From positions 1,045 to 11,455 of the forward strand of contig JAHEQA010000013.1 in NCBI GenBank assembly GCA_019561615.1: a stretch of 10,411 bases of DNA, written 5' to 3'. The translations under genes were made by a program, and so were the position numbers. Source of the stretch: Methanothermococcus sp. SCGC AD-155-E23. Its GTDB lineage: Archaea > AGJL01 > Methanococci > Methanococcales > Methanococcaceae. The notes beneath the pieces are model-generated. The model saw only the letters and a list, made by a program, of their open reading frames with translations, was not told the origin of the DNA and made no database searches. Positions 1 to 7,804 of the stretch are shown here, piece after piece (positions within the stretch are counted from its first letter, which is position 1; the number at the start of each line of letters is the position of its first letter).

Positions 1-197
1 AGATAAGCCCAGAGGAAGCTGTGGAAATTGTGGAGAGATACGATAAAAGATTTATACTAAGTAGTGACCTTGGAAGTTTAAAGTCAGACATCTATGCACT
101 TCCAAGAACTAGGCTACTTATGAAGAGGAGAGGAATTGAGAGGAAAAAGATAGTGGAAAGTACCTATAGAAATGCAAGGGACTTCTACAGGTTATAG
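1..197 (+). CDS. 3' end of a TatD-related TIM-barrel metal-dependent hydrolase (partial; start lies before the window)
   Basis: Not in the ORF track. The frame starting at base 3 is open to TAG at 195-197 and reads ISPEEAVEIVERYDKRFILSSDLGSLKSDIYALPRTRLLMKRRGIERKKIVESTYRNARDFYRL*. The 'ILSSD' strand-8 Asp motif and terminal 'NA..FY' are typical of the amidohydrolase/TatD C-terminus in archaea. Confidence 0.75.
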   Translation, partial: ISPEEAVEIVERYDKRFILSSDLGSLKSDIYALPRTRLLMKRRGIERKKIVESTYRNARDFYRL

Positions 198-207
198 GTG
201 AAAGTTG

Positions 208-564
208 ATGAGAGTCTACAACAACTATAAAGAATTTAAGAATACTTTGGAGAGACTTAGAGAGAGGTATAAGGGGGAGATGGGATGTTGTGTATCTATT
301 ACAGGCTACGTAAGAAACTATGACCTGGTGGAGGGAAGAAGGATACCCTGTGAGGGCATGTTTGTAGAGGATAGATCAAGAGAGATAGAGGGTATAGTGG
401 AGGATGCCCTTAAGAGGTATCCCATCTTAGATGTTGTAGTTTATCACAATATAGGTCACTTAAAGGTTGGAGATATTATAACATCCATCTACGTATTTGC
501 CAGACATAGGAGGGAGGCCTTTTTAGCCTGTGAGTATATTATCGATAGGATAAAGTCCCTGTAA
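208..564 (+). CDS. moaE: Molybdopterin synthase catalytic (large) subunit MoaE, short form
   Basis: MoaE motifs G-C-C-V-S-I-T-G-Y-V-R, 'YHNIGHLKVGD' (HRxGxLxVGE-like) and 'ARHRREAFLACEYIIDRIK' (HRxxAFxAxxxxIDxxK). GGTGA RBS at 197-201 favours ATG 208 over TTG 205. Confidence 0.85.
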   Translation: MRVYNNYKEFKNTLERLRERYKGEMGCCVSITGYVRNYDLVEGRRIPCEGMFVEDRSREIEGIVEDALKRYPILDVVVYHNIGHLKVGDIITSIYVFARHRREAFLACEYIIDRIKSL

Positions 565-577
565 TTCTGGTGGTTCC

Positions 578-1537
578 ATGATCCTCCCACATAGGAAGCC
601 CTCACTAAGGGGCTTATTGGAGCCCAGGGGAAATCTCAGTGAGTTGATAACAGTGATAGAGGACCTACTTAGGTATAAAAGGGATATATCTATACTCCCC
701 TCTGGAAACGCCGGGTTGTATGTAGCCTCCTATATACTGAGAGGTATTAAGGAGAAAGAAGGGGATATCTTAGTACCTGATATGGGAGGATGGAGAGGTT
801 TCCTGGAGTATTCAAGAATGTTTAAATTTAACCTTCTAAAAATTAAGACCAACTTAGGTGTAGTAGATCCAGGTGTATTGGAGGACTTCTTGAGAAAGAA
901 TAACATCTACGCCTTCTTTTTAACAACCCTTGGAGGCTACCTAGTACGTCAACCAATGGAGGAGATAAAAAAGGTATGTGAGGATATGGGGGTTATACTT
1001 GTGGAGGATGCCTCTGGAGGTGTAGGAGGATCCTGTGGGTTTGGAGATATAGTGGTATGCTCTACTGGATCTCCCAAGATAATAAACTGTGAATATGGAG
1101 GATTTATAGGGATAGATAAAAAAATAGAGGATCTCCTCAGGGATAAGGGGAAGATGGGGGAGTTAAAGAGTCTCTTAAAGGCCTTCAAGGTGGTAAATAT
1201 ATACGGCCTTATGAAGGAGGAGGCCCTCAATGCAAGGAAGACATATAAGAAACTGGTGGAGTACTGTAACATCCTAAAGGAGGAGTTGGAGGGGGCCTAC
1301 TTTAAAGGTGAGGAGGGTGTCTGTGTATTTGTGGAGCACCAGGATCCAAGGGAGGTCTCAAAAAGAGTAAATGAGGTTATAAAGTTAGACAGTGGAAAAT
1401 CCCTTATTACAAGATGTCCCATCTATGAGAGGGTATTAAAAAAAGGTATAGTAGTCGAGATGAAGAAGTTGGATATTCACTCCCTCTCCACTGAGGATAT
1501 CTACGAGATAGCAAATATACTAAAAAGGATCTTATGA
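578..1537 (+). CDS. Uncharacterised fold-type-I PLP-dependent enzyme (DegT/DnrJ-like aminotransferase/transferase superfamily)
   Basis: 319 aa. 'PSGNAG' phosphate-binding loop, 'ILVEDASG' with the pyridine-binding Asp, and '[14 protein letters not shown]' matching the S-x-x-x-x-K-x5-GG Schiff-base lysine loop. Substrate cannot be assigned. Confidence 0.7.
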   Translation: MILPHRKPSLRGLLEPRGNLSELITVIEDLLRYKRDISILPSGNAGLYVASYILRGIKEKEGDILVPDMGGWRGFLEYSRMFKFNLLKIKTNLGVVDPGVLEDFLRKNNIYAFFLTTLGGYLVRQPMEEIKKVCEDMGVILVEDASGGVGGSCGFGDIVVCSTGSPKIINCEYGGFIGIDKKIEDLLRDKGKMGELKSLLKAFKVVNIYGLMKEEALNARKTYKKLVEYCNILKEELEGAYFKGEEGVCVFVEHQDPREVSKRVNEVIKLDSGKSLITRCPIYERVLKKGIVVEMKKLDIHSLSTEDIYEIANILKRIL

Positions 1538-1879
1538 CAGAACGTTTTTTACCTTCTCTGTACTTCTCTTCATGGCCAACCTTATTAACCCCAGGTTTAC
1601 ATTGGCATCTGTAAGTACTACCAGTATACCCTCCCCTGCATCAGTCATAAGTGTTTTACCATGCTCCCCTTCTATCATCATCTGTTGCAGTGCCCCCTGG
1701 TTTATCTCGGCAGCTGTTCTCTCAGCGGAACCGTAGGCTGCAGAGGCCATTGCACCAATTAACTCCACATCTATACCAGAGGGCATCTGGGCTGCAATTA
1801 CCAGTCCATCCTTACCTACAACCATTGAACCCCTTACCCCTTCGACCTTATTAAGATCTGCCAGAATTCTGTCGATCAT
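1532..1879 (-). CDS. Roadblock/LC7 (MglB-like) domain protein
   Basis: '[18 protein letters not shown]', 'IGAMASA', 'QMMIEGEHG', 'NLGLIR' form a classic Roadblock/LC7 pattern. The GTG at 1888 is part of the GGTGA RBS (1885-1889), so the probable start is ATG 1879 (115 aa). Confidence 0.88.
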   Translation of the reverse strand: MIDRILADLNKVEGVRGSMVVGKDGLVIAAQMPSGIDVELIGAMASAAYGSAERTAAEINQGALQQMMIEGEHGKTLMTDAGEGILVVLTDANVNLGLIRLAMKRSTEKVKNVLS

Positions 1880-1924
1880 TACTTTCACCGGGAAAAATTT
1901 TATTAGAATTTTGATATCTGTTGT

Positions 1925-1939
1925 TATATAAATTTTTTT
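1925..1939 (-). promoter_or_regulatory. Putative archaeal BRE/TATA promoter for the Roadblock gene
   Basis: Minus strand reads AAAAAAA-TTTATATA, a purine-rich BRE-like run followed by a consensus TATA box, about 45 nt upstream of ATG 1879. Confidence 0.6.
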
Positions 1940-1941
1940 GT

Positions 1942-2745
1942 TTACAAGTAGAGGTTTATTCCCAGAGATGCGGCAAGTAAAACTACTGCCCTGGTCATCT
2001 CATTTGTAGCACCTAATACATCCCCTGTAACACAGTTGATCTCACTGTTCGATTTTTTTGCAAGGGCCATGGCAAAGAACACTGCAACAGTGGAACATAG
2101 TACCCCAATTCTAGGTATATCCAGGAGGAAAGAAAGTATCATCATCAGGAGATAGCCTAGAGATAGGTGGTATTCATCTGTATTCTTGACAAAGTATCTC
2201 CCTGTACCCTCCTTAGAGGGAATACCACAACATGCACAGGTTAGAAGTCCCAACCTGGAGGAGGCCTCTGTTAACACCATCAACTTGGAAAAGGTTAGAA
2301 AGGAGAGTTTAGAGTAGAGGTAGCCTATAGATGCCAGGGATATCATCTCCACGAAGAATACAAACACCAGGGCTCCAATACCTATATACTTATCCCTCAT
2401 TACCTCCAACTTCCTTCTGGCATCTCCCATAACCATCCAGGCATCTCCATAATCCCCAAGTCCATCCACATGGTGAAAACCCTGGATATACAACATGGTG
2501 AAGAGTACCAAGGTACCTACCAGGAGGGGGGCCTCTATACCCAGGTAGTAGAAGGGAAGGGCTACAAGGGATCCAAGGAACCCTATGAACATACCTATAA
2601 ACAGTATAAACAGTAGATACTTAGACACCTCCTCCAGGTCACCGTGAAAGTCCCCAACAGGTATCCTTGTCATGAAGGCTATTAATCCCTTAATCCCCTC
2701 TATGACTTCACCTATCTTCTTCATGCCTATCTTACTCCCTTCCAT
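1942..2745 (-). CDS. cobS: Adenosylcobinamide-GDP ribazoletransferase (cobalamin synthase)
   Basis: Multi-pass hydrophobic protein with 'FMTRIP', '[13 protein letters not shown]', 'VMRDKYIG' and 'VTGDVLGA..E', all CobS signatures. GGAGG at 2753-2757 supports ATG 2745; ATG 2724 is an alternative start. Confidence 0.95.
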   Translation of the reverse strand: MEGSKIGMKKIGEVIEGIKGLIAFMTRIPVGDFHGDLEEVSKYLLFILFIGMFIGFLGSLVALPFYYLGIEAPLLVGTLVLFTMLYIQGFHHVDGLGDYGDAWMVMGDARRKLEVMRDKYIGIGALVFVFFVEMISLASIGYLYSKLSFLTFSKLMVLTEASSRLGLLTCACCGIPSKEGTGRYFVKNTDEYHLSLGYLLMMILSFLLDIPRIGVLCSTVAVFFAMALAKKSNSEINCVTGDVLGATNEMTRAVVLLAASLGINLYL

Positions 2746-3421
2746 TAATTAACCTCCTTACAATATCTACAACCTCCCTTAAACTTTTAACCTCGTACTT
2801 ACATTCCCCCTTCATATCCTTATACTTACCCCTGAGTATCCTTATGGTATGCATACCCACCTTACTTGCCGGTATAATGTCGTTGTCTATCCTGTCCCCC
2901 ACATATACAACCTCCTCTCCCTTCAGGTTTATCTTCTTAAGGGCGTACCTGTAGAATTCCAGGTTTGGCTTTCCTAGTCCAAACTCCTCTGAGGTTACAA
3001 CCTCGTCAAAGAAATCAGCTATTCCAAGTCTAATGAGTTTCTCCCACTGTTTTATGGTAATACCATCTGTAACTACACCTAACTTTAGACCCATCTTTTT
3101 CAACTCTATAAGGGTTTTTATAGTATCGGGATAGGGTCTCAAGAGGGCAAATTTAACGTTGTGATATGTAATCACACCCATGGTAACTATCTTGGGGTTG
3201 TGCCTCCCCTCTATAGCCTTTACCAGATCGTCGAAGTGATGGCCGTAATTTGGACCCTTCTCTTTTATTATCCTCTGGAGGATGTTGTAGGCCTCCTCCT
3301 CTGTAGCATTTAGTCCAGCATCTATCATCATCTTTATGGCCTCTCTTCTAGCCCTATCTACAAAGGAGGTAGAGTCGTAGAGGGTATCGTCTAGATCAAA
3401 TAGCACTCCCTTTATAGTCAT
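2732..3421 (-). CDS. HAD-superfamily subfamily IA phosphatase (TIGR02253 / MJ1437-like)
   Basis: HAD motif I 'FDLDDTL', motif II 'VVTDG', motif III/IV 'GKP...YVGDRIDNDI'. The GTG at 3430 lies within the GGTG RBS, so ATG 3421 is the likely start. Confidence 0.88.
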   Translation of the reverse strand: MTIKGVLFDLDDTLYDSTSFVDRARREAIKMMIDAGLNATEEEAYNILQRIIKEKGPNYGHHFDDLVKAIEGRHNPKIVTMGVITYHNVKFALLRPYPDTIKTLIELKKMGLKLGVVTDGITIKQWEKLIRLGIADFFDEVVTSEEFGLGKPNLEFYRYALKKINLKGEEVVYVGDRIDNDIIPASKVGMHTIRILRGKYKDMKGECKYEVKSLREVVDIVRRLINGRE

Positions 3422-3433
3422 CTGTAGCACCTT

Positions 3434-3721
3434 TTAACCTTTTGATCTCCTAACCTTCTCCCTAACCATGTTGAAGAGCCCTACAAAGTCATCCTCAACA
3501 TTCACAGGCACTACTATAAGTCCCAACTTCCTATGCCTCTCTATCCATTCCCTGTCATAAACTGGAACCTCTATCTTCACAGGTTCATCCGTAGGGTTAC
3601 CTACAATTACATTCCTGTAGGGGAAGACCTTCCCCTCCCCTTCACCGTAGGGTACTAAGGTCTCCCTTATATACCCTCCTAAGGCCATAGTCAACCTTGG
3701 AGGTAGTATCATCTTTGGCAT
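3434..3721 (-). CDS. ehbP: Energy-converting hydrogenase B subunit P family protein
   Basis: 95 aa with 'LGGYI.E', 'FPYRNVIVGNPTDEPVKIEVPVY' and 'WIERHRKLGLIVVPV', recognised from memory as the methanogen EhbP family. Confidence 0.8.
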   Translation of the reverse strand: MPKMILPPRLTMALGGYIRETLVPYGEGEGKVFPYRNVIVGNPTDEPVKIEVPVYDREWIERHRKLGLIVVPVNVEDDFVGLFNMVREKVRRSKG

Positions 3722-3738
3722 CCTATCCCTCTTAAAAT

Positions 3739-5058
3739 TTATAGAAGATAGCCAGGTACTATATCCTTTGCAATGAGATCTCCGTAAGTCTCCCTCTCCC
3801 TTATAATATAGACCCCCTTCTCACTAGTTAGTACCATCCTAGGCCTCCCCCTACCGTTGTAGTTGTTTGCCATACTTATCCCATATGCCCCAACATCCAG
3901 TATAGCCAGTATATCCCCTACCTTAACCTTTGGAATATTCCTATCCCTTCCAAAGACATCTGAACTTTCACATAACCCTCCCGCAATATTTACAACCTCC
4001 CTCTCCTCCCTAAATACACAGGGTACTATCTCGTGGTAGGCGTCGTAGATGGCAGGTCTCATCATGTCGTTCATACCTGCATCTATCATAACCCACTTTC
4101 CATAGGGGGTCTCCTTTATATGATGAACCTTTGCAAGGAGCACTCCAGCTGTCCCTACAATACTCCTTCCAGGCTCAAGGAGGAGGTTAGGTAGATCTAC
4201 CTTGTCCTGGTACTCCATCATGGTATTGATTATAACTTCAGCCAACTGATAGGGAGTAGGTACCTCCCTGTCCTTGTGATAGGGTATCCCCAATCCCCCT
4301 CCTAAGTTCACGTCCTCTATCTTTATACCTTCCCTTTCCAGCTCCACAACAAAGTCCATAACCTTTCTAGTCTCCTCCTCAAAGGGGGAGAGGTCTGTCA
4401 GCTGGGATCCTATATGGCAGTGTACTCCCACAACCTTTACATTGTCCATCTCTAGAGCCATCTTTACAGCCTTCATGGCCATACCAGATTGGACGTCAAG
4501 TCCAAATTTACTCTTCTTCAAACCTGTAGCTATCTTAGGATGGGTCTTTGGATCTACATCTGGATTTATCCTAAATGCAACATTTGCCACAGCCCCCATC
4601 TCATTGGCAATCCTGTTAATGAGTATTAACTCACTTATACTGTCTACGTTGAAGGCCCTTATGTTGTTCTCAATACCCATTACAATCTCTTCCTCTGTTT
4701 TACAGTTCCCGTTGAATACTATCTTCTCAGGTGGCACCTTGGAGAGTCTAGCTATGTACAACTCACCACCACTTACAACATCTGCCCCACCTCCCAACTT
4801 AGACAGTAGTCTTGTAATGGCCAAGTTAGCATTTGCCTTGTAGGCGTAGCAGAGGATAAAATCCTTTCCTGTCTTCTTCTCATACTCCCTAAATGCATCC
4901 TCATAGGCCCTGTAATTCCTTACTATCTGGCTCTCACTCATAACGTATAGAGGGGTACCGTATCTCTCTGCAAGTTCCCTTGCATCGTATCCATCTATCT
5001 TTAGTACCCCATCCTCTAGAGTTATCATGTCGTTTCCTAGGAATTTCACATCAACCAC
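3739..5058 (-). CDS. lysA: Diaminopimelate decarboxylase
   Basis: 'YGTPLYV', PLP lysine 'YAYKAN', 'SKFG', 'HCHIGSQ', 'NLGGG', 'EPGR', 'GGLCESSD', 'GAYG..M.NNYN'. The true start may be GTG 5049, because GGTGG at 5055-5059 looks like its RBS. Confidence 0.97.
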   Translation of the reverse strand: MVDVKFLGNDMITLEDGVLKIDGYDARELAERYGTPLYVMSESQIVRNYRAYEDAFREYEKKTGKDFILCYAYKANANLAITRLLSKLGGGADVVSGGELYIARLSKVPPEKIVFNGNCKTEEEIVMGIENNIRAFNVDSISELILINRIANEMGAVANVAFRINPDVDPKTHPKIATGLKKSKFGLDVQSGMAMKAVKMALEMDNVKVVGVHCHIGSQLTDLSPFEEETRKVMDFVVELEREGIKIEDVNLGGGLGIPYHKDREVPTPYQLAEVIINTMMEYQDKVDLPNLLLEPGRSIVGTAGVLLAKVHHIKETPYGKWVMIDAGMNDMMRPAIYDAYHEIVPCVFREEREVVNIAGGLCESSDVFGRDRNIPKVKVGDILAILDVGAYGISMANNYNGRGRPRMVLTSEKGVYIIRERETYGDLIAKDIVPGYLL

Positions 5059-5097
5059 CCTCTTTTACCCTCTAATATTAAAGTGGGCTATGGGACT

Positions 5098-5130
5098 ATT
5101 TATAAATTTTAAAATTTTGAAATTATAATA
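5098..5130. promoter_or_regulatory. AT-rich divergent promoter region between lysA and mptE with a palindromic TATA box
   Basis: ATTTATAAAT (5098-5107) is self-complementary and gives TTTATAAA on both strands, roughly 40-50 nt from each of the two divergent start codons. Confidence 0.55.
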
Positions 5131-5144
5131 AAAAAGGGAAAAAT

Positions 5145-5879
5145 ATGGATCTCAAAGATTGGGCACCTATATACTCTAGGATAGTGGAGGATTTTAAATT
5201 TGACAGGGAGATGGACCTAAGAAGTGGTTTACTACTTAGGGATCTCCTTGATAGGTTGGGGAACAGGGTAATGGAGGAGAGGTTAAGGGAGATTATAGAG
5301 GGGAGAACTGTCTATGTAGTTGGGGCTGGTCCCTCTATAAGGAGACATGTTAAGATACTTAAGAGCTTAAAGGAGAGGGGTGTGATTATCTCTGCAGATG
5401 GGGCTACAAAGGCACTACTAGAGGAGGGCATCCTTCCAGATATTGTGGTTTCAGACCTAGATGGAGATATAGAGAGTATAATTGAGAGTAACAGGAGAGG
5501 TTCCATTGTTGTAGTACATGCCCATGGAGACAACATTCCAAGGATAAAGAAGTACCTTCCAAGGTTGAAGAATGTGGTGGGAAGTCATCAGGTTCCCATG
5601 GAGATTTCAGGACTTATTAACTTTGGAGGGTTTACAGATGGAGATAGGTGTTGCTTCCTTGCAGAACATTACAATGCTAAAAGAATAGTACTATGTGCCA
5701 TGGACTTTGGAGAGTATATCACCAAGTACTCAAGGCCAAATTTAAAGAGGGATGTGGAGAGGGGGGACAATATCAAGATAAAGAAGTTAAGGTATGCCAG
5801 GGAGTTGATAGAGTACCTTAAAGAACATGGTAGATGTGCAATCTTATCTATAGAGGAATGGATAAGATGTCAAAGGTGA
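5145..5879 (+). CDS. mptE: Archaeal 6-hydroxymethyl-7,8-dihydropterin pyrophosphokinase (methanopterin biosynthesis)
   Basis: 'W...Y..I..DF', 'VVGAGPS', 'SADGAT', 'IVVSDLDG', 'VHAHGDN', 'NFGGFTDGDR', and C-terminal 'K.KKL..A' are MptE/DUF115 signatures. Confidence 0.92.
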   Translation: MDLKDWAPIYSRIVEDFKFDREMDLRSGLLLRDLLDRLGNRVMEERLREIIEGRTVYVVGAGPSIRRHVKILKSLKERGVIISADGATKALLEEGILPDIVVSDLDGDIESIIESNRRGSIVVVHAHGDNIPRIKKYLPRLKNVVGSHQVPMEISGLINFGGFTDGDRCCFLAEHYNAKRIVLCAMDFGEYITKYSRPNLKRDVERGDNIKIKKLRYARELIEYLKEHGRCAILSIEEWIRCQR

Positions 5880-7036
5880 ATATCCTACTAGTTGGAGGTC
5901 ACGATCCCACAGGTGGAGCTGGGATAGTTGCAGATGTGAAAACTGTGAAGGCACTAGGCTGTAACCCCCTAACTGTGATCACCTCCCTTATCCCTCAAAA
6001 CAACAGAAGGGTATACTCCAAGATGGACATACCAGGGGATGTTTTAGAGGATCAACTCCAGGCTATCCTTGAGGAGTTTGAAGTATCCACTGTAAAAACT
6101 GGAGTGTTAACTAAGGAGGCCATAGAGGTACTCCTAAAGTATCAGGAGGAGTATAACTTTAAAATAGTCTGTGATCCTGTCCTAAAATCTACTACAGGCT
6201 ATAACTTCATAGATGAGGAAACCCTTGAGAAATACTTTGAACTCTTTAAGAGATCCCTTTTAATACTACCTAACTCCCAGGAGTACAGGGTAATAAAAGA
6301 GTCCAAGTACTTCAGGGACTTGGAGAAAAGTGATCTCTATATACTTGTCACTGGGATAGAGGATACACTTCTCTACAGGGGGAAGGTGGTGAGGAAGTTC
6401 AGGGGGAGGAGGATAGAGAGGGAGGTACATGGTACAGGCTGTGTATTTGCCTCTGCAGTGGCATCCCTTATTGGAAAGGGGTACAATATTATAGAGGCCA
6501 TCGAGGAGGGAAAGAGGGTGGTATTCACCTCTGTAATATACGCCATTAAGACAAAGTACGGCTACAACGCCAACCCCCTCTATATAAACAGGGAGAGGAT
6601 ATTGAAAAATCTCTACTACGCCCTCCATCTACTGAGGGAAATAGATCTTCAACACCTTATCCCAGAGGGTGGCACCTATATTGGAGAGTGCCTTCCCCTT
6701 CCAAGGGGTGTTGAGGATGTTGTCACCTTAGGGGTTAAAGGAAAAGAGGTAAAATTTAGAGCTTCCAACACCCTCTCCAAGATAGTAGTTATTGCCCACC
6801 ACTACCATCCCAGGATTAGAGGTGCAATGGTGATAAGATACTCTGAGGATATTCTAGAGGCCCTGGAGAGATGTGGGTTTACCTCTTTTCCCCTAGATAG
6901 TAAGGGGGATATTAAAAAAATATTTGAGAAGTATCTACCTGATGCCCTTTACTTCAGGGGGGAGATTGTTGTACTTGGTGAGAATGGGTTAGATGTTGCA
7001 AAAAAGGTAAGGGAGATTTACGAAGCTTTAATGTAA
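5867..7036 (+). CDS. thiD: Hydroxymethylpyrimidine/phosphomethylpyrimidine kinase ThiD fused to a divergent C-terminal ThiN-like domain
   Basis: 'GGHDPTGGAGIVADVKT', 'QN', 'VKTG', 'DPVL.STTG', 'HGTGC' give ThiD. The C-terminal ~140 aa ('LIPE', 'EDV', 'P.IRGAMVIRY', 'PD', 'LGEN') resemble ThiN. Likely start is ATG 5867 (or 5858) rather than 5834, with GAGGA at 5853-5857. Confidence 0.88.
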   Translation: MSKVNILLVGGHDPTGGAGIVADVKTVKALGCNPLTVITSLIPQNNRRVYSKMDIPGDVLEDQLQAILEEFEVSTVKTGVLTKEAIEVLLKYQEEYNFKIVCDPVLKSTTGYNFIDEETLEKYFELFKRSLLILPNSQEYRVIKESKYFRDLEKSDLYILVTGIEDTLLYRGKVVRKFRGRRIEREVHGTGCVFASAVASLIGKGYNIIEAIEEGKRVVFTSVIYAIKTKYGYNANPLYINRERILKNLYYALHLLREIDLQHLIPEGGTYIGECLPLPRGVEDVVTLGVKGKEVKFRASNTLSKIVVIAHHYHPRIRGAMVIRYSEDILEALERCGFTSFPLDSKGDIKKIFEKYLPDALYFRGEIVVLGENGLDVAKKVREIYEALM

Positions 7037-7804
7037 AAACCTCCTTATTACATCCACTACCTCTCTAATACTCTCTATCTTAACATCTGCAGTGTCTAGT
7101 GCCTTTTTTGAAACCTTACCTCCCTGTAAGTTGATCACCGAGAGATCACTCTCCAGCATTGCAGGGACGTCGTTAGTCCCATCCCCCACCATAACTACCT
7201 TATAACCCTCCCTCTTCAACTTTAACACCAAATCCCTCTTAAGGTGTTGATGGGCCTCTGGAAGGATGTGGTCCCTATCTACACCTATCAACCTACTTAA
7301 CTTCTCGAGGGCGTATCCACTATCCCCAGAGGCTATATACACTTCGACCCCCATATCTTTTAACTCCCTCATAGTTTCCTGTACCCCCTCAAAGAGACAG
7401 CCTCCAGTGGCAACGGTGTACTCCACCTTTCCCCTTAAAGTATCACAGATAAGTGCATATCCAGGATCTGTCTCGATTTTAAATCTGCTAAGTATATAGG
7501 CAGGATCCTGTAACTCCTTTACTTTGGTCTCAGAGTCTTTCAGTATGTTGTCCTTGAAGATAGGGGGATGGCAGTAGGTGATCCTCCACTTCACCCTTTG
7601 AAGTAGTTCCCTCATTGACATATCTGGGTCTAGATTTAAAAGAGGGATATTCTCCCCTATGACAGTTAGAACCCTACCCCTCTTATTGTCTACAATATCA
7701 ACGGTCTGATGGTTACAGAGGAACTTCTGGGATTCTATCTCTTTAACTATTCTTTTAACATCTACTAAGGTGCCAGAGCAGTCAAAAACTACGGCAGTTT
7801 TCAT
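7028..7804 (-). CDS. Soluble P-type-ATPase-like HAD phosphatase (MJ0968-like)
   Basis: 'FDCSGTL' (DKTGT-like), 'IASGD' (TGD-like), 'VMVGDGTNDVPAM' (GDGxNDxP hinge). No transmembrane segments; 258 aa. Confidence 0.85.
   Translation of the reverse strand: MKTAVVFDCSGTLVDVKRIVKEIESQKFLCNHQTVDIVDNKRGRVLTVIGENIPLLNLDPDMSMRELLQRVKWRITYCHPPIFKDNILKDSETKVKELQDPAYILSRFKIETDPGYALICDTLRGKVEYTVATGGCLFEGVQETMRELKDMGVEVYIASGDSGYALEKLSRLIGVDRDHILPEAHQHLKRDLVLKLKREGYKVVMVGDGTNDVPAMLESDLSVINLQGGKVSKKALDTADVKIESIREVVDVIRRFLH

Noticed and set aside
949-1272. 107 aa minus-strand ORF
   Set aside because: Lies entirely antisense to the PLP enzyme; Ser/Pro/Ile/Phe-rich composition is typical of a shadow ORF.
1535-1537. 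Possible selenocysteine read-through at the TGA of the PLP gene (also considered for mptE, trpF, ribK)
   Set aside because: The proteins look complete at these stops, read-through would run into neighbouring genes, and I saw no SECIS-like hairpin.
1651-1854. 67 aa plus-strand ORF
   Set aside because: Antisense to the Roadblock gene, with no RBS or recognisable motif.
4442-4843. 133 aa plus-strand ORF
   Set aside because: Antisense shadow of lysA.
5312-6628. Minus-strand ORFs 5312-5536 and 6266-6628
   Set aside because: Antisense shadows of mptE and thiD with no recognisable motifs.
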